DNA of 64,000 nt from Euglena gracilis (lineage: Eukaryota), in assembly GCA_039621445.1 (NCBI GenBank), contig CP154954.1, forward strand, positions 24,068,954 to 24,132,953, given 5' to 3'. Positions 10,001-20,000 of this stretch are shown piece after piece. The notes below the pieces were generated by a model. It had not been told where the DNA came from and did no database searches. It saw nothing but the letters and a program-made list of their open reading frames with translations. Every line of letters begins with the position of its first letter. The stretch's first letter is position 1. The translations under genes were made by a program, and so were the position numbers.

Positions 10001-13000
10001 AAAACTCGACCTGAGAAGTGGGTTTTGGCAAGTTGGTTTGAGTGAAAGGGCAAAAGAACTCACCGCATTTGTCACCCCGAATGGTCAAGTTTTGGCAATG
10101 GAATTGCATGCCTTTTGGAATTCAAGCCGCACCCGCAATTTTTCAAGAACTCATGGAAAGGGTGATTTCGGAAATGAAGGAAAATCCAAAGGTTGCAAAT
10201 TTGTTGGAACCGAAAAATGGCCAAAGGAAATGTTTTGTGGGAGCATTTTTCGATGATGTCAGGGTGGGAGCATCGACCATCCCCGAACATTTGTTTTTGT
10301 TGGAGGAACTTTTCAAAGTGGTGAAAAAGCACAAGCTCCGAATCAAGTTGACCAAGTGTGACTTTTTGAAAGAAAGCATTGAGTACCTTGGTTTTTTGGT
10401 TCAATGGGGATCATGTAGGCCAAGTGAGAAAAATTTTCAAGCTTTGGTGGATTTCAAAGTGAAAAGTTTGAAAGATCTCCGTGCTTTTTTGGGAGCTTGC
10501 AACTTTTTTCGTCGCCATGTGAAAGCATTCACATTTTCAAGTGCGGACTTGACCGATCTTCTCAAGAAAAATGCAAGATTTGTTTGGACCCAAAAAGAAG
10601 AAAAGCTCATCCAGGACATCAAGCAAAAACTTTTGAATGCGGTGCCCCTCGGGGTACCACGGTCATGTGGAGAAATGGTTGTCATTACCGATGCCTCCGA
10701 CCGGGGGGGAGGTGGAACGATTTTTCAATGGCAATCGTTGGACCCCTCTCAAGTCCCTCAAGGATTCACAACCCAAGGTATGTCCAAGGAAGGTGTGCTC
10801 ATTCACAATTACCCAAATGAATTTCGGTTGGTACCCATCGGGCATTGGAATTGGAAATGGTGCCCCACAAGATCCCGGTATTCCACCTTTGAACAAGAAC
10901 TTTTGGCCGGTGTGCTAATGTTTTCAACGCAAAGTCGAATTTTGCAAGGTTTGCCGGTTGTTTGGTTTTGTGATCATGAGGCCCTCAGGAATTTCTTGGA
11001 CAAAGAACCCCCCGTGAATCAAAGATTGAGACGTTGGTTTTGTTTTTTGGGTCAATTCAAGATAAATATTGTGCATACACCCGGAATGAAAAATGAGTGG
11101 TGTGATTGGTTGTCAAGGAGTCATTTTGACCAAAAGTTCAACGTTGAATTCGAAAATTTGGCAAAAGATGCATTCGAAAAGATGGACTCCCAATTGGATC
11201 TTTCTTTGCAAGTTTTGTCGTTTGAGATGAAAGACTTCAATTTTCCATTGGATTACCCATCGAGTGATTTTGCCGAGATTTGGGAAAAATTGGAACCATG
11301 GAAAGCTCAAGTCATCGATGATTGTTTGTGGTTCAAGGCCAAAGACAAACTTTTTTGTGAGCGAAAATTGGCCATCCCCAAGGAAAGTCTTCCCCAAGCG
11401 TCATCGTGGTTTCATCGAGCTCATGGTCATCCCGGTCCCGAGCGGACGCTTTGGTCATTTCTCCACAATTTACATTCATCCCTCTCAAGAAAGGATTTGT
11501 TCGGTTTGTTTCGGAATGTTTTGGGTTCGTGTGAAACATGTGTCATGTCAAAGCCAAGTTCACAAGCCGATCGTGGACTTTTGGGTTGTTTGCCAATTCC
11601 TCCCCTTTGCAACGACATCATTTTTCTCGATTTTGTCGCCCTTGATGAATTCAGTTCTTTTGATTACGCTTTGGGCATTGTGGATGGTTTGAGTCGTTTT
11701 GTTTGTACCTCCCATGCCATAAAGAAGTGACGGGTGAAAAAGTCTTGAAGATGATTTTGAAAGAATGGGTGGAAAAATTTGGTCGCCCCAACGAAGTTTT
11801 GAGTGATAATGACATTCGCTTCAAGTCAAGTTCCGGTTTTTACCAAGAGGCCATGAAATCACTCGGAATCAAGGTTTTGTTCTCTCTTCCGAGGCATCCT
11901 TCATCAAATGGGTTGATGGAAAGAGAAAATCGTTCGTTTGTGCAAACATTGAGATGTCTTGTGCACGAAACGGGTACAAAAGATTGGCCAAAGTTGCTTC
12001 CGTACGTCAATTTTCTGATGAACAGCCAGATTTCAAGTTCGACGGGAATGTCTCCATCGGAACTTTTCCTCGGTCGATCTCCATGGAAATTAGAAAGTGT
12101 TGGAGAACCGTGTGAAAGCCCATCTGTCGAAAATTGTATTTTGGAACAGCTTTTAATTCAAGAAAAGGAAAGTTTGAGGCTGAAACATCTCAGAAGTTTG
12201 GCGATGGAGCGGAAAAACAAGGTTCGGAAACCTGCCGTTTATGAAATTGGTCAATTTGTCCTCGTCCACAAGTCTCGATGGCCCCAGAGAAAAGTCGAAA
12301 AGATCGCCAGTCCATGGTTTGGACCCTACAAAGTTGTTCAAGTGCACTACAACTCTTTGCAAATTTTGGCATCTCCATCATTGGGAGGTTTGGTGAAAGT
12401 TTCGTTCTCCCAAGTGAAACACTGGAGTTCTGTCCATGACCCACACAATGACACTTCGTTTTTGTCAGAGGAGTGTGAGGAATTTGATGGTGCACAAACC
12501 CCTGCTTCATTCACAGGTCACACACACGACCGAGGAACAGGCGGCGAACAGCGAGGCGCAAGCGACGCACACAGAGGTGCACGCGACGAACGCACGACAA
12601 AACCAGAACACGACAGAACAAGGCCACAACAGGAAACGCGAGGCGAAAGGCCCAGAACAGCCGAACGAGCACGCGACGCACGGCCGAGCGCACGCGACGA
12701 ACCCCCAGAAAGACCAGAAGGACCCAACCCCCAGAAAGACCAGTTTTCTTCTAATTTTCCCTCTCAGATGGTTACCAGAAGCAAGTCCCGAGGGCCAGAA
12801 TCAAGTTTCAATTCAAAGAATTCAAATTTTGGAGTTGGTCGACCCAGAGGTGAATCGAAGAGAATTTGGCAGAAAAAGTCGGAGTTTGAGAAGGACAACC
12901 TGGAGGAGAGTGGTCCAGATGGACCTTTGCAGCAGGCTGCTGCAGAAGCTGCTGATCATCTTGAAGTTGATGTTTAAAATGTTGATGATCTTGCTGTTCA

Positions 13001-13454
13001 ACTTCCACAAGATGAACTTCAACATGATGGTGTTCTGGGGCCTGTGGCCCCAACACTGCAGCCCAGTGCTTCAGATTCTGTGCCTGTTTTCCCAGTTTCA
13101 CAGTCAGAACCAGAAAAAGTCAGCAGTTTTGCTTCAGAATGTGTTTCAGATTTGCCCAAAACAGCCAGACAGTTTTCAGAAATGGAGGCTGCAAAAATGG
13201 GTTTTTACAATGTTGAAGCCATTTTGGATCACAAGTTCAGAAATGGTTGGAGGTTTCTGACAAAGTGGGAGAATTACCCAGTGCATTCATCAACATGGGG
13301 ACCAGTCAGAAGTTTCATTTTGCCAGGTGGAAGAATGAACTCAGTTTTTCAGAATTACATTCATGACAGTGGTTTGCAAGAGGTTTTGAAGAAAGTGCAG
13401 AAGAATGTGAATACCCAACCCAGTCCAGTTTTCACAGTCAAACTGTTTCCATGA
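7029..13454 (+). pseudogene. Gypsy copy 1 polyprotein gag-PR-MTase-RT-RH-IN-chromodomain (disrupted)
   Basis: CKFCGKKGHYEDKC knuckle; IIDSGA protease; WANPPF; SKLDLRSGFWQ, PFG, FFDD; TDAS...EQELLA...CDH...DWLSR; HRAHGH...CETC, DDE, GPY; YNVEAILDH...KWENYP...STW. Stops at 8001, 8136, 9993 and 12975; frameshifts near 10090 and 11700. Confidence 0.93.
8640..9060 (+). other. Dam-like N6-adenine DNA methyltransferase domain between protease and RT (copy 1)
   Basis: VDLFSNHRN (8715) ... DWS ... LWANPPF (NPPF 8832-8843) ... VLVCPDWGDCYW. This is colinear with the DIRS MT in this window: DMFASPGN...VYANPPW...LVTPMWVSSPWW. Confidence 0.85.
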
Positions 13455-14184
13455 AATTTGGTGCCTTGGGCATCAGAAACTGACCCCAGCATGCACAACC
13501 AGCCAAAGAAAGCAGAATAACCCCTCTCTTTTCTAAGTGCCAGCCCAGCTGCTGAGGAGTAGAATGTCTGGGTGCAGAAGCCACAGGGCCAGAGGCACTT
13601 AGGTCTTGCACCTAAGAGTGTAATCAGCCTGAATTCGAGAGCCAAAAAGGCCAGGCCATGATTCTACCAACAAGTTCGCCAGCACCAGACCACCACCAAC
13701 AACAAGTCAATTGATCATCTTCATCATCGCGATCTTCTTCATCATGATCAATTTCAAGAAGTTTTCATGTTCAACAATTTGATGAAGATAGAGCTGTCGT
13801 ACACCATTTTGATGTTCGTTGACTTTGTTGTTCTTTGTCTTGATGTTCACTGTTGGACATGTTGTTCACGGTTCAGTTTGGATTTCAGATTGATGTTTGA
13901 GTATGGCTTTTCCCAGTTTTTGTGGAGAGAGAGAAAGGCCAGAGAGAGGGAGCAACCGGGAAAGAGAAAGAAAACCCCCCAGAGCCACAAACGACACAAG
14001 CTGGCTGGGGTAAAAAGTTTTTGACTTCTCTTCCACTGCCCCCTGACCAAAAAAAAAAGTTAACAATTGATGCCGATTTTACGGCCCACGTTCACGAGTC
14101 CAAAAAAAAAACGACGTTCGCCTGAGATTTCAGCCAAGTCTTTTGAGCCCCCTTTTTGTGTGCTCGGTGGTGCTTTGCTCCACC

Positions 14185-14195
14185 AAGGGGGGGAT
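14185..14195 (+). promoter_or_regulatory. Polypurine tract, Gypsy copy 1
   Basis: aagggggggat immediately before the 3' LTR; equivalents in copies 2 and 3. Confidence 0.8.
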
Positions 14196-14604
14196 TGAAA
14201 AGGTGGCCTTGGCTACCTTCCCCCCCCCTGACCTCCCTGGGCAGTGGATGAAAGAGACCCCCTTTGCTCATGAAAGAAAGGTGCAAGAACCACTCACAAC
14301 TGGCCCATGTGTGCTTCATGGTGGGGGGCCTTCCACAAAGGAGCCTTCCCCAACGCCCCCCCCCACCAACCGTCCCAACTTCCCCAGCACATTCTTACTG
14401 TGACGTTCCTAACTTTTTTTGGTGTACATATGCTCACCTCTGCACAGGCTGGTATTTGTGTCTTCAAATGGTCATGTTTTATGCCTGCTGAAGTTTGTTG
14501 GTGAAAGCGACCGAAGGAGGATTAGAAAAAGGTCGACGGAGAGGAGAGATCAAAAAAAGATCCTACGCAAGCTGAGTCCAAGAAGAAGGACTGAAAGCTT
14601 TACA
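14196..14604 (+). repeat. 3' LTR, Gypsy copy 1
   Basis: Direct repeat of 6309-6718. Confidence 0.97.
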
Positions 14605-14609
14605 CACAT

Positions 14610-15856
14610 TAGGGGAGGCTGGGTTCAAGGTCAGCAAGAAAAAGTCTGGGTTTACTCCCACACAAAGGCTACAACATTTGGGGTTCATCATAGACTTGGA
14701 AAAAGGTCAGCTGGAGGTGCCCCCACACAAATTAAAGACTATCAGAAAGGAACTGGGCAAGGTGGTGATGGCCCAAAAACTAAGTTGCAGAAAGATAGCC
14801 AGCATTCTGGGTCAAGTCAGAAGTTACCTCCCTGCTCTGCCATTTTTAAGACTGGTAACCCAGGAGCTTTTAAAGTTCAGCCAGATGCACCAAGAAAAGG
14901 GCTGGGATTTTTGCATCGACATTCCAGAAAGGCTGAAAGGGGAAATCAAAGTGCTGAAGGCATACTTGCAGCCAGGCCTGGGCAGGCCTTTCCTACAACA
15001 GGCAAAAAGGGTGCTCCATTCAGACTCCTCCACATGGGCATGGGGGGGAGTGGAATCCTCCCAAAATCAAATCATCCAAGAATTTTGGAGGGAGAAATAT
15101 TGTTTACATATAAATGTGAAACAGCTAATGGCAGCAGTTCAGACCGTAAAAGCATTTGCCCAGCCTGGGGAAACGGTGCTGTTAAACGTGGACAATCAAG
15201 TGGCACTGAGTTACCTCGCCAAATGGGGGGGAGGAAAACAACACCTCAATCAGATTTTGGAACCCCTGTTTCATTGGTGTTGGGAAAACCAAGTTCAACT
15301 GCAGGTCCAGTGGGTTCCTTCAGCAGCAATGTTGGCAGACCCCCTCACAAGGTGGGATCAAGACAGGGGGGATTATACCCTGTGCCCAAACCTGTTCACC
15401 CACATTTTGAAGTTTTTCAGAAAAGACATTGCTCCAGACACAGACATGTTTGCATCTCCAGGAAATGCAAAATTCCAAAAATTTGTAGCCAGATGGCCCC
15501 ACCACCAGGATTTTCTGGTGGATGCATTGAATTGCGACGTGACTTCAGACCAAGATGTTTATGCCAACCCCCCATGGAAAGTAATTTTTGCCTGGCTCAT
15601 CAGACTGAGACTGAACAAGCAGGTGAAATGTCTTTTGGTGACACCCATGTGGGTTTCGAGTCCATGGTGGCCCCTATTAATCAAAATGTCCAAACCAGGG
15701 ACAAGAATGTTGGTCTTACCCCCCAGGGAAGGCATTTTCAGCAATTGCTGGGGGCAATCAATGCCAAAGCCAAAGTGGCCCCTCGCTTGCACAGTGGTAT
15801 CAGGTTCCTTTTGGAACAGCAAAAAATGTCACATCAAGACATTGAAAATGTCCTGA
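14610..15856 (+). pseudogene. DIRS RT C-terminus, RNase H and Dam-like methyltransferase
   Basis: Rejoins as MLHT|LGEAGFKVSKKKS...QHLGFIID. RNase H: HSDSS, HINVKQL, NVDNQVAL, LADPLTR. MT: DMFAS (15443), YANPPW (NPPW 15566-15577). Confidence 0.92.
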
Positions 15857-16970
15857 GGAGTTTGGGACCCCTGAAGCGTTATGACAGTGCATTCAGCAAG
15901 CTGTTTGTAATTCTACAACAGAAAGGATTGGAGCCCTTGCAAGTCTCCAGGATGGAGCTGGCCACTGCCCTTTTGGACCTACACAAACTGTCACAAGCTG
16001 ATGCTCGATGTGCGTATGCCTCACTGCAGTATTTACCTGGGTTGGAGTCCATCAGATTTCATCCTTTACTGACAAAAGTAAAAAAGGAATGGAATCGTTC
16101 GGTGCAGAGGTATGCTGTTTTTTGGGACCCCCTACCCATTTTGCAAAAATTGCAGAGCAACACAAGGATCTCTGATATGTCCATCATGGAGTTGAGATGG
16201 AGAATCATTCTGTCTTTCAGACTTTTGGCTCTTCAAAGGGGGGTGGACATGGCCAGAACTCAGAGGACCATTTCAGTGGTGGAGGAAAAATTTTTCATTT
16301 TGGTCAGGAGAAAGGGTTGGCCTTCACCAAAGTGGGAGCAAGTGTTGAAGATTGATTCCCTTCATCTTTGAGTCCATATCATTTGATGACAGAATATGTG
16401 TAAAGAACATCTTTCATCCCCCAGGGTGCCCCTCTGTTGTGGAGTTTGGATGGCAAAAAACCCTTGTCTTCCAACAGAATCAACTCTTTGACAAAGGAGT
16501 TGTTGGACACTTTTGGCATTCCCATTTCCCACTGGAAAGCCCACAGCACAAGGGGGGCAGGAGTGTTGATGTACAAAAAGCTGGGATTGTCCAGTGAGGA
16601 GGTGTGCGAACTTGGGCAGTGGAAAAATGCCACCGCTTTTTCAGCCCATTACTTACGATTGTGGGCGGTGGATTCAGCAACGAAAAAATTTGAAAAAGGG
16701 GTAGTGCACAAAGTCTCACCCCCAGAGTGTGCGAAGCCCGAATGGTCGAGTACTCCCGGGAAGAATGACCAGGGAGGAAATGACCATGAGGGCGGAGCAC
16801 AAGAGGGGGGTGAGCCCACCCAACCCACCCGAAAAAGGAAAGCACCATCCTCAGGGGGGGGGGGGGGCAAAAACGCCCCTACACACAGGCCGGGGCCCCT
16901 GCGGTTCACCTTCGCCACGTCGGTGTCGGAGAGCACATCATCGCCAACTCCGGCACCAAAGTCGCAGTAA
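15826..16970 (+). pseudogene. DIRS tyrosine recombinase (frameshift near 16370)
   Basis: LALQRGVD (first Arg), KAHSTRGAG (HxxR), LGQWK...FSAHYLR (W and catalytic Tyr). Confidence 0.9.
16714..16814 (+). repeat. DIRS internal complementary region (ICR)
   Basis: First part is complementary to the left terminus (4108-4140); 16748-16814 is complementary to the right extension (~25217-25283). Confidence 0.9.
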
Positions 16971-17005
16971 GAAGCACCCTGCCAAAAAGAACACAAACAA
17001 CAAAA
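16925..17005 (-). repeat. DIRS right ITR, inner part (continues at 25195)
   Basis: cgccaactccggcaccaaa...aaaaagaacacaaacaacaaaa is the inverse of ~4161-4223. Confidence 0.85.
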
Positions 17006-20000
17006 TGTAAAGCTTTCAGTCCTTTTTGCTTGGACTCAGCTTGCGTAGGATCCTTCTTTTTTGAACTCTCCTCTCCGTCGACCTTTTTCCAAATCCTCCT
17101 TCGGTCGCTTTCACCAAAGCACTTCAGGAAGCATAAATCATTGTATGACAAAGCACTAAGACCAGCCTGTGCAGAAAGGTAAGACATATATACACCGAAA
17201 GGTCCGACACATCACAGTAGGAATGTTGCTGGGTATGGTTGGGCGGTTGGTGGGGGGGGCGTTGGGGAAGACTCCTTTGTGGAAGGCCCCCCCCCATGAA
17301 GGACATATGGGCCAATTGTGAAGTCAGGTTCTTGCACCTTTCTTTTATGAGCAAAGGGGGTCTCTTTCATCCACTGCCCAGGGAGGTCAGGGGGGGGGAA
17401 GGTAGCCAAAGCCACCTTTTCAATCCCCTCCCTTGGTGGAGCAAAGCGCCACCAAGCACACACAAAAGGGGGCTCAAAAGACTTTGGCTGAATTCTCAGG
17501 CGAGCGTCCTTTTTTTTTTTGGACTCGTGAACGTGGGCCGTAAAATCGGCATCAATTGTTCACTTTTTTTTTGTTTTTTTTTGTCAGGGGGCAGTGGAAG
17601 AGAAATCAAAAACTTTTTACACCAGCCAGCTTGTGTCGTTTATGGCTGTGGGGGGTTTTCTTTCTCTTTCCCGTTTGCTCTCTCTCTGGCCTTTCTCTCT
17701 CTCACAAAAACTGGGAAAAGCCATAATCAAACATCATTCTGAAATTCCAGTCTGAACTGTGAACAACATGTCCAACAGTGAACATTAAGACAAAGAACAA
17801 CAAAGTCAATGAACACGAAATTGGTGAACGACAGCTCTATCTTCATCAAATTGTTGAACATGAAAACTTCTTGAAATTGAACATGAGGAAGAAGATCGTG
17901 ATGATGAAGATGATCAACTGACTTGTTGTGGTTGGTGGTCAGGTGCTGGCGAACCTTTAGGTGCAAGACCTAAGTGCCTCTGGCCCTGTGGCTTCTGCAC
18001 CCAGACATCCTACTCCTCAGCAGCTGGGCTGGCACTTAGAAAAGAGAGGAGTTATTCTGCTTTCTTTGGCTGGTGGTGCATGCTGGGGTCAGTTTCTGAT
18101 GCCCAAGGCACCAAATTTCATGGAAACAGTTTGACTGTGAAAACTGGACTGGGTTGGGTATTCACATTCTTCTGCACTTTCTTCAAAACCTCTTGCAAAC
18201 CATTGTCCTGAATGTAATTCTTAAAAACTGAGTTCATTATTACACCTGGCAAAATTAAACTTCTGACTGGTTCCCATGTTGATGAATGCACTGGGTAATT
18301 CTCCCACTTTGTCAAAAACCTCCAACCATTTCTGAACTTGTGATCCAAAATGGCTTCAACATTGTAAAAACCCATTTTTGCAGCCTCCATTTCTGAAAAC
18401 TGTCTGGCTGTCTTGGGCAAATCTGAAACACATTCTGAAGCAAAACTGCTGACTTTTTCTGGTTCTGGCTGTGAAACTGAAATTGGCACAGAATCTGCAG
18501 AAAAATCTGCAGCACTGGGCTGCAGTGTTGGGGCCACAGGCCCCAGGACTCCTTCATGTTGAAGTTCTTCTTGTGGAAGTTGAACAGCATCATCATCAAC
18601 ATTTTGAACATCAACATTTTGAACATCAACAGCAAGTCCAACAGCAGCAGCTGCAGCAGCCTGCTGCAAAGGTCCATCTGGACCACTCTCCTCCAGGTTG
18701 TCTTTCTCAAACTCCAACTTTTTCTGCCAAATTCTCCTTGATTCACCTCCAAGTCGACCGACTTCAAACTTGATTTCTTTGACTTGAAACTTGATTCTGG
18801 CCCTCGGGCCTTGCTTCTGGTAACCATCTGAGAAGAAAAAGATTGGGGAAACTGGTCTTTCGAGGGTCTGGGTCCTTCTGGTCTTTCTGGTGGTTCGTCG
18901 CGTGCGCTCGGCCGTGCGTCGCGTGCTCGTTTGGCTGTTCTGGGCATTTCGCCTCGCGTTTCCTGTTCTGGCCTTGTTCTGTCGTGTTCTGGTTTTGTCG
19001 TGCGTTCGTCGCGTGCACCTCTGTGTGCGTCGCTTGCGCCTCGCTGTTCGCCGCCTGTTCCTCGGTCGTCTGTGTGACCTGTGAGTGAAGCAGGGGGCTG
19101 TGCACCATCAAATTCCTCACACTCCTCTGACAAAAACGAAGTGTCATTGTGTGGGTCATGGACAGAACTCCAGTGTATCACTTGGGAGAACGAAACTTTC
19201 ACCAAACCTCCCAATGATGGAGATGCCAAAATTTGCAAAGAGTTGTAGTGCACTTGAACAACTTTGTAGGGTCCAAACCATGGACTGGCGATCTTTTCGA
19301 CTTTTCTCTGGGGCCATCGAGACTTGTAGACGAGAACAAATTGACCAATTTCATAAACGGCAGGTTTCCGAACCTTGTTTTTCCGTTCCATCGCCAAACT
19401 TCTGAGATGTTTCAGCCTCAAACTTGCCTTTTCTTGAATCAAAAGCTGTTCCAAAATACAATTTTCGACAGATGGGCTTTCACATGGCTCTCCAACACTT
19501 TCGAATTTCCATGGAGATCGACCGAGGATAAGTTCCGATGGAGACATTCCCGTCGAACTTGAAATCTGGCTGTTCATCACAAAATTGACGTACGGAAGCA
19601 ACTTTGGCCAATCTTTTGTACCCGTTTCGTGCACAAGACATCTCAATGTTTGCACAAACGAACGATTTTCTCTTTCCATCAAACCATTTGATGAAGGATG
19701 CCTCGGAAGAGAGAACGAAACCTTGATTCCGAGTGATTTCATGGCCTCTTGGTAAAAACCGGAACTTGACTTGAAGCGAATGTCATTGTCACTCAAAACT
19801 TCGTTGGGGCGACCAAATTTTTCCACCCATTCTTTCAAAATCATCTTCAAGACTTTTTCACCCGTCACTTCTTTGTGGCATGGGAGGTACAAACAAAACC
19901 GACTCAAACCATCCACAATGCCCAAAGCGTAGTCAAAAGAACTGAATTCATCAAGGGCGACAAAATCGAGAAAAATGATGTCGTTGCAAAGGGAAGGAAT

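Larger units (their letters stand above)
6309..14604 (+). mobile_element. Ty3/Gypsy chromodomain LTR retrotransposon with Dam-like methyltransferase, copy 1
   Basis: TG...CA LTRs, 5-bp TSD CACAT (6304-6308 / 14605-14609), PBS, PPT, and PR-RT-RH-IN domain order. Confidence 0.97.

Noticed and set aside
14419-15825. 650-aa ORF as one real protein
   Set aside because: It starts in the Gypsy LTR and crosses the insertion junction; only the part from ~15826 has YR features.
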